DNA of 64,000 nt from an uncultured Solirubrobacterales bacterium (GCA_963767295.1 CAVYDI010000001.1:47820-111819); one strand, 5' to 3'. Positions 1 through 10,463 are shown, numbered from the stretch's first letter. Translations and numbers: made by a program. The notes: generated by a model not told the origin, from the letters alone.

Positions 1-199
1 CTCGATCGTGCCCGCGCAGGGCTCGCGAGCCAAGCGCGGGCCGGCGGCCGATATGCGCGCGAGGCGCTCGCATGAGCAGACTTCTTCTGGCAAGGCGTCC
101 CCGCCGGGGAACGGCGGGCCGCCGGGTACGCCGCCCGGGGATGCGGGCGATCGCGAGCCCGCGGAATAGTCTGAGAAACCGGATACCGTTCGCAGCTCG

Positions 200-421
200 A
201 TGGCCGACGAGGACCTGATCAAGCCGGGCGAGATCGCCTACCACCTGGATCTGACCGCAGCCCAACTGAAGATCGTGCACACGGCGCTGCGGTCGCTGTA
301 CGACGACCTCGGCCACGAGGAGCACGACGTCAAGCAGGTCGTCTCGGCGGTCCTGGCGAAGCTCCCCGGCGAGCACGAAATCCGTGCGATCGACCTGACC
401 CGGGAGCTGCGCGGGTACTAG
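200..421 (+). CDS. Small hypothetical protein
   Basis: 73-aa ORF with natural acidic/helical composition; no recognisable motif. Confidence 0.65.
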   Translation: MADEDLIKPGEIAYHLDLTAAQLKIVHTALRSLYDDLGHEEHDVKQVVSAVLAKLPGEHEIRAIDLTRELRGY

Positions 422-471
422 GACTGCGCCTTGGTAGGGTGGCGTCATCGGGCATACCCAAGGAGGAGAGG

Positions 472-1329
472 ATGATGAGGGCGCTTCCGAAACTGGTAGG
501 GCGACCAATGGCGGCCGCACTGGCGGTCGGGAGCGTCGCATTGGCCGCCCCGGCGGCGGCGATGGCCGCACCGGCTGGAACCGGCGGGTTGACGACTCAC
601 TCCGCGACCAGCAGCACCCTGAACTCAAACTCACAACTCGTTGCCACAGCTAAGTGCGGCGCAGGCGAGCACGTCGTCTCGGGCGGCTTCAAGAACGAAA
701 ACATCGGTGCCACGGCCGTGGTCTCGCGCGCCGTCGATGGCAACGGCTGGACGGTCCATCTCGGCGATGGTGCAGGCAAGCTCACCACCTATGCCTACTG
801 CGCGCGCAAGGGTTCGGCGCTCTCCACCCACAAGGCCGAGGTAAAGGGCGTAGACCCCCCGCCGAACACGACCGCCGCGGCGAAATGCGCGTCCGGTCAG
901 ACGCTCGTCTCCGGCGGGTACGCCTTCCAAACCGCGTCGCCTTCCGCTCAGAACGGGTCCACCGCATATATGGACTACGCCGCAAGCGCACGCGAGTGGA
1001 AGGTGACCTCGGCTTTCGAGGACATTCCTGTCAAGCTCGTGGCATTCGCCTACTGCCAGCCCGGCGTGACAGTCGAGGTGCGCTCGAGGTCAAGCACTTC
1101 GATCCCTCACGATGGCGATGGTTCCGCGACCGCCAGCTGCCACAAGGGAGAGACGCTGCTCGCCGGCGGCTACACCACGACGCCGAAGCCCGACTGGGAC
1201 AACGCCGCCGGGCCGGATCTTTTCTACGACACGTCATATCGCTCGGGTCGTCGCTCCTGGACGGCACGCGCCCACAACTACAGCAACGTGTCCGGGAAGA
1301 TCTTGGTATTCGCGTACTGCGAGCAGTAG
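472..1329 (+). CDS. Secreted Cys-containing repeat protein
   Basis: AGGAGG RBS before ATG 472; signal peptide; recurring A.C..GE..(V/L)(S/A)GG(F/Y) ... AYC units. Confidence 0.75.
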   Translation: MMRALPKLVGRPMAAALAVGSVALAAPAAAMAAPAGTGGLTTHSATSSTLNSNSQLVATAKCGAGEHVVSGGFKNENIGATAVVSRAVDGNGWTVHLGDGAGKLTTYAYCARKGSALSTHKAEVKGVDPPPNTTAAAKCASGQTLVSGGYAFQTASPSAQNGSTAYMDYAASAREWKVTSAFEDIPVKLVAFAYCQPGVTVEVRSRSSTSIPHDGDGSATASCHKGETLLAGGYTTTPKPDWDNAAGPDLFYDTSYRSGRRSWTARAHNYSNVSGKILVFAYCEQ

Positions 1330-1389
1330 CGCTCGAGCGAGCTTCGACCCAGCCAGTAGCGGACCAGAACGGCGTCGAGCGTCAGCTAA

Positions 1390-2619
1390 TTACGGCCCCT
1401 TCCAGGCCTTTCCGTTCCAGTTCAAGATGATGTTCTGAAACGCGCTGCCGGTGTAAAAGTCCCCGACCGCCCAAGCGTTGCCAGACGAGGTCGCCGCGAC
1501 GCCTTGGAGCGCGTTGTCGTGGTTAGGGCCACCGGGGTTCGGGCTCGAGTGGACCTTCCAGTGCTTGCCGTTCCAGTGCTCGATCAAGGTTTGGAAATGA
1601 CCGCCACTGACCTCCTCGCCCACCGCCCAGACGTTCTTTGAGGACGTAGCCGCCACGCCCCGCAGAACGTTGGCAGAGCCGCTGGGGCTCGGGCTCGACT
1701 GCAGCTTCCAGTGCTTGCCGTTCCAATGCTCGACTAGCGTCGTACTACCGCCGCTGACCTGGTAGTAGCCCACCGCCCACGCGTCCGTGGAGGAGGTGGC
1801 GGCCACACCATTAAGGTAGCTACCGTTGACGAGCACGCCGGCATTTGGACTCGGCTGGATTTTCCAGGCCTTGCCGTTCCAGTGCTCGACCAGCGTTCGC
1901 TCCCCGGTGCCGTTGTAGTAGTCCCCCACCGCCCAGGCGTTTTTTGACGAGGTGGCCGTCACGGCGTAGAGGTTCTCGGATGTGCCGGCGCTGGGGTTTG
2001 GGCTTGGCTGGATCTTCCAGGCGGTGCCGTTCCAGTGCTCGATCAGGGTTCGCACTCCGGTGGTGGTGTCATAGCCGCCCACGGCCCACGCGTTTTTGGG
2101 CGAGGTCGCGGTCACGGCGCTGAAGAAATCGGCTGTAGAGCCGGTGGCGTTCGGGCTCGACTGGACGCTCCACGCCGCGCCGTCCCAGTGCTCTACTAGC
2201 GTCTGCTGCGTGCCGCCGGAGTTGCCGACGGCCCAGGCGTTCGTCCGGGAGATGGCGACCACGCCGGAGAGAACGTTATTGGCGTTTGCGCCTGCGGGAT
2301 TCGGACTGGACTGCACCTTCCACGCCTTGCCGCCCCAGTGCTCCACCAGCGTCTGGTTGGCGGCGCCGTTGAAATAGTTACCCACCGCCCAGGCGGTGCA
2401 GCTCGACGTGGCCGCCACACCGACCAAGACATCGCTGGATCCGACGTTTGGGACCGTCGCCCCCGAGCTCGAGCACGTCGCGGCGGAGGCCCCAGCGGCG
2501 ACGGCCGGGCTCAGCCCCAAGATCACAGGCAAGGGTGCGATGGCGAGCTTTAGCCGGCGAAGCAAGGACGGATACAGCGAAGCGGTCGCACGGCGACGCA
2601 GTGGACAAGCACGCATCAA
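1390..2619 (-). CDS. Secreted tandem-repeat (likely beta-propeller) protein
   Basis: Signal peptide; about 7 copies of ~50-aa GVAATSS.NAWAVG..TLVEHWNGKAWK.Q.SP; paralogue of 53812..55035; exact start uncertain. Confidence 0.8.
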   Translation of the reverse strand: MMRACPLRRRATASLYPSLLRRLKLAIAPLPVILGLSPAVAAGASAATCSSSGATVPNVGSSDVLVGVAATSSCTAWAVGNYFNGAANQTLVEHWGGKAWKVQSSPNPAGANANNVLSGVVAISRTNAWAVGNSGGTQQTLVEHWDGAAWSVQSSPNATGSTADFFSAVTATSPKNAWAVGGYDTTTGVRTLIEHWNGTAWKIQPSPNPSAGTSENLYAVTATSSKNAWAVGDYYNGTGERTLVEHWNGKAWKIQPSPNAGVLVNGSYLNGVAATSSTDAWAVGYYQVSGGSTTLVEHWNGKHWKLQSSPSPSGSANVLRGVAATSSKNVWAVGEEVSGGHFQTLIEHWNGKHWKVHSSPNPGGPNHDNALQGVAATSSGNAWAVGDFYTGSAFQNIILNWNGKAWKGP

Positions 2620-2689
2620 CTTTCTCCTCGTCGAAAGGGGCCCCCAAGCCGGTCTCGACCGAGCGTAGCGCTCGCAGCCCTCCCGGTGC

Positions 2690-2986
2690 CTAGAACCCCA
2701 GCGCGAACTTGGCGTCCTCGCTCATTCGCTCAGGCGTCCACGGCGGCGAGAACGTCATCGTCGGCTCGACCAGCTCGACTCCATCGAGCTCGCCCACAAA
2801 CTCCTCGATCTGCTCGGAGACGTGAGGGCCAATCGGACAGGCTGGCGTGGTCAAGCTATAGGTGACCTTAACTGTGCCGCCGTCGATCTCGATGTCATAG
2901 ATCAGCCCGAGCTCGACGAAGTCGAGACCGAGCTCGGGATCGATCACCTCGCGCAGGGCCTCACTTACATCATCGACTGAAACCAT
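2690..2986 (-). CDS. DUF59/SufT-like metal-sulfur cluster assembly factor
   Basis: L.EVIDPELGLDFVELGLIYDI, LTTPACP and PPWTPERMS motifs; start trimmed to MVSVDD. Confidence 0.9.
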   Translation of the reverse strand: MVSVDDVSEALREVIDPELGLDFVELGLIYDIEIDGGTVKVTYSLTTPACPIGPHVSEQIEEFVGELDGVELVEPTMTFSPPWTPERMSEDAKFALGF

Positions 2987-3028
2987 TCTCCACAGTTTAG
3001 GACGGCAGCTTGCAGCGCGACCGGCGCT

Positions 3029-3361
3029 TTGGATATAACTCACTCGATCGTCGACTTCTGTGAAAAGCCTCCGACGTTGCGCTGCCGCGGAGACGAGGAC
3101 CGAACCACGCAGGGACGTCGAAGGCAAGCGCTCGTGCGGGCGATCCGCGCCCAGGCTGACGTGATCGTTGACCTGAGTGAGCTCGCCTTTGCGGACGTGT
3201 CTCTGATGGTGGACCTCGCCATGCTCGCGCGCCGGCTACGGGCCCGTGGTCGGGCACTCCGCCTGCGTGGGGCGCAGCCCCAGATCCGCCGGCAGATTGT
3301 CCGGGCCGGACTGCACCGGCTCGCCGGGGTGCGGGTCGAGGATCTCGCCGCGTTCGCCTAG
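3029..3361 (+). CDS. STAS-domain (anti-sigma antagonist-like) protein
   Basis: VIVDLSELAFAD..L..LA.LARRL.A.G..L.L.G pattern. Confidence 0.75.
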   Translation: MDITHSIVDFCEKPPTLRCRGDEDRTTQGRRRQALVRAIRAQADVIVDLSELAFADVSLMVDLAMLARRLRARGRALRLRGAQPQIRRQIVRAGLHRLAGVRVEDLAAFA

Positions 3362-3400
3362 TCGGTCGCGCGAAACCCGCCCGTATGTAGGCTTGGCGCG

Positions 3401-4183
3401 ATGCTGCGCGCGCTCGCCTTCGGAGACCTCGCCGCCGAGAGCTGGGGAGCGGTTTTCAGCCCTGGGGGCGGGCTGCCCTCGTTCGCCGTGCTCGGTGCTC
3501 AGGGCAGGCGCGTGGTTCCGGTAACGATCGAGGGCGACTCAACGCATGCCGCCGAGTGGTGGGTGACGGGCGACGGGCTGGACATTGCCGTCGCACCCCA
3601 AACCAACGGCACTGGCACCAGTGAAGACGTCGGCGAACCGGGCTCCGCGGGCGACCAAGCTGGCTTCGATCAGCTTGTGACGGTCCGCGGCGAGTTTGCC
3701 GCGAATGGGGCCCGCGAGGTCGAGCTAATCGGGTGCCGGAGCGAGCGAACGGAAGATCTCGCGGCCGGCAGCTTTCAACTGATCCGCGACATACGCGCCT
3801 GGTTCTCGTCCGGCGACGGCCTCGCCGTGCTCGCGTGCCGCCCGCGTCGGGCTTCGGCGCACGGAGACGAGCGGCTCTCCGCCACGCTGTTTGAGGGAGG
3901 CCAATCGCTCGACGTCGCCGAGCCCCGCCTCTCGACGACGTATGCCGATGACGGGCTGCCGGTACGCGCGACGCTGGAGCTGTGGCTACCGGAAAGCGAG
4001 GCTGACGAGACCGACGAGGAAGCCGAGCACGTGGCGAGCTATCCACGGCGCGCGGCGGGACAGGCCGCCGGCCCGGCGAGCGACCACGATCTCGGTGAAC
4101 TCACTGTTCAGGCGACGCCATTTCGGTGGCGAGCCGCAGGCCGCGATGGCGCCGGCGTCTATCTGCTGGCCCGCCCACACTGA
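3401..4183 (+). CDS. Hypothetical protein
   Basis: 260-aa ORF with protein-like composition, co-oriented with neighbours. Confidence 0.65.
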   Translation: MLRALAFGDLAAESWGAVFSPGGGLPSFAVLGAQGRRVVPVTIEGDSTHAAEWWVTGDGLDIAVAPQTNGTGTSEDVGEPGSAGDQAGFDQLVTVRGEFAANGAREVELIGCRSERTEDLAAGSFQLIRDIRAWFSSGDGLAVLACRPRRASAHGDERLSATLFEGGQSLDVAEPRLSTTYADDGLPVRATLELWLPESEADETDEEAEHVASYPRRAAGQAAGPASDHDLGELTVQATPFRWRAAGRDGAGVYLLARPH

Positions 4184-4207
4184 ATCTCTCCCGTTGGTAG
4201 ATCCTCT

Positions 4208-4897
4208 GTGAACGACGGCAACCGGATCGAGGCGGTGATCAGTGATTTTGGTGGGGTTCTTACATCGCCGTTGGTCGACTCTTTTTCGGCCTTCCAAGAC
4301 CGATCTGGGATCTCGCTCGAGCAGTTGGGAGTCGCGATGGGCAAGTTGTGGGAGCGCGATGGCACGCACCCCCTCTTCGAACTCGAGACGGGCCGCATGA
4401 CCGAGGCGCGATTCCTCCAGCTGATGGGCGAGCAGCTATCTGAACAGCTCGGCCGTGAGGTGACGCTTTCGGGATTCGGCGAGGGGTACCTGGAACACCT
4501 CGAGCCGAACAAGCCCATGATCGACTACATGCGCTCGCTGCGCGAGCGCGGCTACAAGCTTGCGATCTGCACCAACAACGTGCGCGAGTGGGAGCGCCTC
4601 TGGCGCGCCAAGCTGCCGGTCGACCAGATCTTTGACGTAGTCGTCGACTCGGCGTTCGTGGGCACGCGCAAGCCGGAACCGCAGATCTACGAACTAACGC
4701 TCGAGCGACTGGGCGTCGCCGCGAGCGCGGCGCTGATGATCGACGACCTCGAACTCAACTGCGACGCCGCGCGGGCGCTCGGCATAGACGCGGTCTGGTT
4801 CCGGTCAACCGACCAGGCGATCAGTGAAGTCGAGAGCACGCTGAAGCGTCGCGACGGATACCGACCGTCCGCCGACGGACCCGCAACGCCGCCCTAG
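4208..4897 (+). CDS. HAD-family phosphatase
   Basis: Motif I DFGGVL, TNN, RKPEPQIY and MIDD motifs. Confidence 0.9.
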   Translation: MNDGNRIEAVISDFGGVLTSPLVDSFSAFQDRSGISLEQLGVAMGKLWERDGTHPLFELETGRMTEARFLQLMGEQLSEQLGREVTLSGFGEGYLEHLEPNKPMIDYMRSLRERGYKLAICTNNVREWERLWRAKLPVDQIFDVVVDSAFVGTRKPEPQIYELTLERLGVAASAALMIDDLELNCDAARALGIDAVWFRSTDQAISEVESTLKRRDGYRPSADGPATPP

Positions 4898-5350
4898 TTG
4901 TCGATCCCCAGCCGGTCCCAGCAGTAGAGCTCGAGGCACTCGCGCGCGAGCTCGCGACAGCGCTCGTCTGACAGCCACGGCAAGACGGTGTCAAACGCCT
5001 GTTCCTCCCCCACCCCCGCCTCGAATGCGTCCTCGCCGCGAAATCCCGGCGGCGATCTTCAGCGCTTCGCGGCGGTGGTCCCCGAGCGAGGGAAAGACGT
5101 TCACGAGGAACTCCTTGTTCGGCACTGGGTGGCCGACCTCAAGCGAGGCGTGCCAGGCCGCCAGCAGCGAGAGGTCGTCCTCATCGAGGTCGGCGATCGC
5201 CTTGGTGTAGTGCGACTCGAGCTCGGGTTCGGGAATCTCGTCCACCCAAGCTCGCACGACCTCGCTGAGGATCTGGCGGCGCGTTTCACGGCCGACAGAG
5301 TCGGCGATGACTCTGATCGCATTCTGGGGTTCGATAAAGCAGAGCGACAT
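4894..5350 (-). CDS. Hypothetical protein, apparent frameshift near 5045
   Basis: Track ORF ends in an implausible GGGGGG run; an alternate frame continues RGEDAFEAGVGEEQAFDTVLPWLSDERCRELARECLELYCWDRLGIDN* to 4894. Confidence 0.5.
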
Positions 5351-5434
5351 AGCGACTCCGGCTTTGAGGGATCGGACGCGGCGAAAGGTAGAAGGGGCCC
5401 CGGACGGAGCCTTATGGCCCGTCGCGGGCCGCGC

Positions 5435-7531
5435 TCAGCAGCTCGGTGTCGGTTTGAGATCCGTCTTCGGGCAGACGGGCAGAAGCATTGGCGCGCGCGG
5501 CTTCTGGTTGAAGGCGAAGTCGCGGGTCAGGCTGCCGAGGACCTTCAAGGACTCGCGCACCGTCGGCCGGGGGTCGGGCCTGCCGTCGGTGGCAGGGTTG
5601 AGCCGTTGGCCATTGAGGAAGTCGTCCTCGATGAACTTGTTATAGGCGTCGAAGCTGAGCGTGCGGTGGTCGATGAAACCGCGCTTCGCGTACGGGCTGA
5701 TCACGATCCCAGGGACGCGCAGCCCGTAGCCGTTTTGGTCGACGGCCGGCGGCACCAAGTGGTCGTAGAACCCTCCCCAGTCATCCCACGCCAAAAAGAT
5801 CGCCGTGCTCTTCCAGTCCGGGCTCTGCATGATCGCGTTCACCAGGCCGGTGACGTACGTCTGCCCGGCGCTCACTAGCGAGGGAGGATGCTCTGATACG
5901 GCCATGGTTGGATCGATCCACGACAGCGCCGGAAGCCTCCCTGCCTTGGACGCTTTGTAGAACTCCTTCAGCGACTGGATAGAGGAAAGCTGCCCGTCTT
6001 GGGCGACGTCGGTGAAGGAAGGCAGCGGGTTCCAGATGCCCGGGGTCGTCGGCCCCTGCTTCACCGGCGCGCAGGTCATTTGGGCATCGCTCTCGCAGTC
6101 GGGCTCCGTGCCCCTGAAGACGTAGTAGCGCCAGCTCACCTGCTCCTTGTGCAGCAGATAGGTGATGTCCGTCCACGCGTAGTGAAGCGCTCCGTCAGAG
6201 GGGTTTGGCTTGTCCGAGCTCGTACACGAGAAGGGGTCGTAAGGACTGGTGCAGGTCGCTGACCAGTTGGAGACCATGAACAGATGTGACGGCAGGCTCC
6301 AGCCCGAGTTTGGTTCATACATCTGGTCCTGCAGGACGAAGTTCTTCGCGTAGCGCCAGTAATTGGGGATGTCCGCGCCCGTGTGGTAGCCCATCGCGTC
6401 GATGCACTTACTCGACGACTGCTCCGTACAGGGGCTGCAGTTCGGGTTGGTGCTCGAGCACTTCGAACCATGCTCGGCCGAGGCGACGAAGCCATCCATG
6501 TGGCAGCCCTGATGTTTCGTGGGGCGCGAGCAGCTCATGTCGTTGAACGCGGCAGTCCGCGAGTGGGGGCCGCCGTAGTTGAGATCCTGGTAGTCGTGAA
6601 ACGGCTGGTCACAACCCCCGTTGAGTGGGTCCGTCACACACGGCAGCTTGCCGGGGTTGCCCGCCAGACCGGGGATCCCGTGTGCATGTGGAAACGTGCC
6701 GAAGTACTGATCGAAGGACCGGTTCTCCTGCATGATCACGACCACGTGCTTGATCTTGTGCAGAGCGATCGCCTGGAGCGTCAGCGCGGGCGAAGTCGAA
6801 AGGACGTTGCGAGTATCGGCAGGCAGCAGCGCGCGGAGGCTGTAGCTGCCAGGGTGCGTGAACCTGAATGAGGTCGAAAACGTCGAACTCGCGCTGACGC
6901 GAGAGTTGGTGAATGTTTTCCAACCCCCACCGCTGAGCTTTCGCTGGTAGGTAACCCGCTCGCCTGGGTGTGACGGGGTCACCCTGCCCTCCAGCTTCAC
7001 CCGCTCGGACGGAATCGGCCTCAAATCGGAAGAGGTGAGCGTGACTGCCGCCCGGACCTTCTCGCTCGCGGTCCTGCTGCGCTCCGCGCCGGCTGTCACG
7101 TAGAAGAAACGATTGGTGTCGACTCGACGTTTGAACTGGTAGTCGCCGGAGGAGTCGACCGAGGGTGTGCCGACGCGATGAAACCTGTTCGACGGACGCG
7201 TCGCCTCCCACAGCGCTACCGAGCTCGTCTTCAACCCCCCGACCTGGCCGGAAATCGTCACGGCCTGACCCGCCGTGGCGGGATTCGGGTGAGTGTGGAT
7301 CGTGAGCGACGCCGAAACCTGGGCGCTCGCGACCGGAGAACCGGCATGTGCGCTAGCTATTACCGGTGCGGCTCCGGGAATCGAGGATGGCGCAGCGCCG
7401 GTCATCGGTGACATCGCCGCGGCCGTGCTCGCGACAACTGCGCTCGTCGCGAGCGCGCCGCACATCAGGCCTATGCACCGAACAGGACGCCTAGTCAAAT
7501 CCCCAACCGGGGGCCATGCGTGACCCCACAC
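5435..7531 (-). CDS. Secreted phospholipase C/phosphoesterase with N-terminal Ig-like domains
   Basis: [30 protein letters not shown] and GYGLRVP motifs; signal peptide. Confidence 0.9.
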   Translation of the reverse strand: MWGHAWPPVGDLTRRPVRCIGLMCGALATSAVVASTAAAMSPMTGAAPSSIPGAAPVIASAHAGSPVASAQVSASLTIHTHPNPATAGQAVTISGQVGGLKTSSVALWEATRPSNRFHRVGTPSVDSSGDYQFKRRVDTNRFFYVTAGAERSRTASEKVRAAVTLTSSDLRPIPSERVKLEGRVTPSHPGERVTYQRKLSGGGWKTFTNSRVSASSTFSTSFRFTHPGSYSLRALLPADTRNVLSTSPALTLQAIALHKIKHVVVIMQENRSFDQYFGTFPHAHGIPGLAGNPGKLPCVTDPLNGGCDQPFHDYQDLNYGGPHSRTAAFNDMSCSRPTKHQGCHMDGFVASAEHGSKCSSTNPNCSPCTEQSSSKCIDAMGYHTGADIPNYWRYAKNFVLQDQMYEPNSGWSLPSHLFMVSNWSATCTSPYDPFSCTSSDKPNPSDGALHYAWTDITYLLHKEQVSWRYYVFRGTEPDCESDAQMTCAPVKQGPTTPGIWNPLPSFTDVAQDGQLSSIQSLKEFYKASKAGRLPALSWIDPTMAVSEHPPSLVSAGQTYVTGLVNAIMQSPDWKSTAIFLAWDDWGGFYDHLVPPAVDQNGYGLRVPGIVISPYAKRGFIDHRTLSFDAYNKFIEDDFLNGQRLNPATDGRPDPRPTVRESLKVLGSLTRDFAFNQKPRAPMLLPVCPKTDLKPTPSC

Positions 7532-7626
7532 CCTCAGCGTATTAATAACGCGATCGCCCGGCGGTAGTTGCGGCGGCGTCGCAGCGTGTCAGTTTCCCGA
7601 CAGACCTGCTCGGTCCCGCGTCCGCG

Positions 7627-9187
7627 TCAGCAACTCGGCCGCGGCACGAGATCCGTGGTCGGGCACACCGGCAGGATCAAGGGTTTGCGGGGCCGCTGGG
7701 TGAAGTCGAAGTCTTTGATCAGGCTGCCCAGCAGCGGGTTCGTCTCGCGCACATCGGGCCGGGGATCGGGACGGCCGTCCGAACTTGGGTCAAGGGTCTG
7801 ACCGCCAAGGAAGTCCTTTTCGATGAACTTGTTGTAAGCGTCGCTGCTGAGGGTCTGGTGATCGATGAACCCGGGCCTGGCGTAAGGGCTGATCACAATG
7901 GCCGGAACGCGCAGCCCGTATCCGTTGAGGTCGACCGCGGGAGGGACGACCTGGTCGTAGAAGCCACCCCAGTCGTCCCAGGTGAGAAAGATCGCGGTGC
8001 TCTTCCAGTCCGGGCTTTGCATGATCGCGTTGATCACGCCGGTGACGTATTTCTCGCCTGCGCTCACCAGCTGCGGCGGATGTTCGGAGCTCATCCGGTT
8101 CGGGGTGACCCACGAGACCGCTGGCAGCCGACCCGCTTGGGCGGCCGTAAGAAAGCTGCTCAGCGGCTGGATATTTCCGAGCTGACGATCCTTGGCCACG
8201 TCGGTAAACGAGGGCAGCGGGTTCCATACCGAAGGCGTGGTGGAGCTCTGCCGACCGGGCGGCACAAGTCGCGACGCTCGGATTCACGCAGTCGGGTTCG
8301 GTCCCATTTGCCACGTAATAACCCCAGCTGACGCCGAACTTGTGCAGCAGGTAGGTGATGTCGGTCCACGCGTACTGGGAGCGTCCAGCGTTACTGGGCC
8401 GCTCAAGCGCGTTCTTGCACGAGAACGGTTTGAGCGCGTTTCTGCAGCGCGCCGACCACTCCGAGACCAAGAACAGATGCTCGGGCAGGCTCCAGGACTG
8501 GTTTGGCTCGAACATGTGGTCCTGAAGCACAAAGCTCCGCGCGTACTTCCAGTAGTTGGGGATGTCCGCGGCCGTGTGGTAGCCCATCACATCGACGCAC
8601 TCGACGCGGCTCTTGAGCTTGCACGGCACGCAATTCGGGTTGAGGCTTCCGCAGAACTTGCCCTGCTGTGCCTGCTTGACAAAGTTGTCCATGTGGCAGT
8701 TGAGGTGCGAGTTGCGACTGCGACAGTTCATGTCCGCAAACGCGTTGACCATCCCGTGCGGACCCCCGAAATTCATGTCCTTGGTGTCGTGAAACGGCTT
8801 GTCGCAGCGCGGGCTCTTTGCGTCAGGCAGGCAGGGAATCCTCCCCGGGTGTCCGGCGAGGCCGGGGATCCCGTCGGCGTGGGGGAAGGTGCCGAAGTAC
8901 TGATCGAAGGAGCGGTTCTCCTGCATGATCACGACCACATGCTTGATCTTGTGAATGCCGGTCGCGGCCGCGCCCGTCAAGAGCGTGGAACCTCGGCTCG
9001 CGGTGGCTCGCGAACTCGCTGATGACGCGAAGCTCAAGAGGATCCCGGCAGCGCCAAGCATCACCGCGACCGTCAGCCAGGCGCACGAGCGGCGCATTAC
9101 GAGAGCCCAGCTCGACGCCACGCGTGCACGCCTCGCCGCGCGTCGGTGTCGCCACGCGCCAGCTCGGTTAGAGCTCAAGCCCGCCAC
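7627..9187 (-). CDS. Secreted phospholipase C/phosphoesterase paralogue, frameshift near 8260
   Basis: [10 protein letters not shown] in ORF 7790..9187; C-terminal half ([16 protein letters not shown]) in ORF 7627..8265; collinear with 5435..7531. Confidence 0.85.
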
Positions 9188-10160
9188 GCGTCTTGATCAG
9201 TATTTCCGCATCCGGCTCGGTGCCGACACACCCCAGAGAGACCCGTTCACCTTGCTCCCAGTTGTAAAGCGCGAGATCAAGGGCCGCTAAGGGGACCCCG
9301 CATGCCCCAGCCAATGTCGCCGCCCGCCCCCCGAGCACGTGGCGATCGCCGATGCCAAAGATCCGCTTGGCCGCGACCGTGACCGCGTCACTTCCGCCGA
9401 GCATCAATTCGCCCGGCCGCAGTTCGAACAGTCCCAACCAGCCCAAGGTCACGAGCAGGTCGAAGCGGGCGTCGCGGTGCAACCCGGGCAGCGCGAGGCG
9501 TTCGAATACGCGCGCGAAGCGCCGCTCTGATGTCCAGCCTGCGTCGCCCGTGAACGCGGCGGCTTGGCTGCCTGCACGGCTCGCCCAATCCCGGTAGGCC
9601 TCGATCGTGCGCAGCGGACGGGATGGGTCGTGCGCGGCCCGCGGGCCGGTCCGTGCTGCTTGCAGATCGGGCATCTCCTGCGACGCCCACGGCGTCCTCA
9701 CTTCGCGCACGGACGCGAACGGATCTTCTTGCTCAAGCGGGCACATGTACGCGATCAAAAACGCTAGCCAGGCCCGCTCCTCAACTTCCCCAGGCGCCGC
9801 GACCTCGGCATACAACCCCGGTGGTCGCTCACTCAGCGCGCGCAAGCGCGTGGCTGCGAACGCGACCTCCTCGGCGAGCCGCTCGGCCTCCACGCTCGAG
9901 CGCAAGCCCAGCGCGAGCGGCGAGCGATAGCCGTCATCGACCCCTCGCTCCAACCGGCGCACGCGGACGCCGGCACGCTCACGTGCGGCGGCACCTCGCG
10001 CGTTGGCGGTACGGGCGCTGCGCTGCCCCGCGAGAGGCCGCCGTGGCGCGGCTGTCCGTGGCGCGCTCGATGAGATGACTGGCTCCAAGTCGACATGCTG
10101 CTCACGCGCACAGATCGGGCAATGGTGAAGCAACCGGTTGTGGCGGCAGAACGTTGGCAC
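9168..10160 (-). CDS. Hypothetical protein: N-terminal C/H zinc-finger-like motif plus possible aGPT-pyrophosphorylase clade 3-like domain
   Basis: MPTFCRHNRLLHHCPIC; WLAFLIAY and F.R.L...G..R.ARFDLL.TLG.LGL..L.PG resemble my recollection of aGPT-Pplase3. Confidence 0.55.
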   Translation of the reverse strand: MPTFCRHNRLLHHCPICAREQHVDLEPVISSSAPRTAAPRRPLAGQRSARTANARGAAARERAGVRVRRLERGVDDGYRSPLALGLRSSVEAERLAEEVAFAATRLRALSERPPGLYAEVAAPGEVEERAWLAFLIAYMCPLEQEDPFASVREVRTPWASQEMPDLQAARTGPRAAHDPSRPLRTIEAYRDWASRAGSQAAAFTGDAGWTSERRFARVFERLALPGLHRDARFDLLVTLGWLGLFELRPGELMLGGSDAVTVAAKRIFGIGDRHVLGGRAATLAGACGVPLAALDLALYNWEQGERVSLGCVGTEPDAEILIKTRGGLEL

Positions 10161-10221
10161 CCCGCGACAAGGTTGCCAGGCTCGGCGCTATCGCGTCCCA
10201 GTCACGCAGCGTTTTGTACGC

Positions 10222-10388
10222 AAAGAGACCCGGGGGGCCCAGATCCTTCTGGGCCCCCCGGAGAGTCAGGGAAGTGGGGGCGCAGTTCCCTGACCGACAG
10301 GGGCGAGTTTCCCCGTCCCAAGTTAAGCTAAACACAAGAGCGCTCCCTAACCGGTCGCCACCGACGGCCGGGAGCCCCGGCTGTTAGG
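10222..10388 (-). ncRNA. Putative structured small RNA or 5' leader
   Basis: Four consecutive hairpins ending in a perfect 14-bp stem (10230..10261) plus a short U-tract; upstream TTACAC-N18-TAGTGT; no family recognised. Confidence 0.4.
10230..10261 (-). terminator. Intrinsic terminator-like hairpin
   Basis: ccggggggcccaga-tcct-tctgggccccccgg perfect stem; GTCTCTTT follows on the minus strand. Confidence 0.6.
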
Positions 10389-10463
10389 AACACTAGCAGT
10401 CCGCGATTCGCACGTGTAAGAAACGTTGGTTAGCAACCGATTGCGGGCGCGCCAACGAGACAT

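Noticed and set aside
10150-10190. SAM-I-like riboswitch core (GGCAACC...GGTGCCAA on the minus strand)
   Set aside because: GTGCCAACG is the start of the coding sequence MPTFCR, and the P1/P2 elements are missing.
10222-10420. tmRNA, RNase P, SRP or c-di-AMP riboswitch
   Set aside because: Hallmark sequences (tRNA-like ends, GAGGAAAGUCC, SRP loop, ydaO motifs) were not found.
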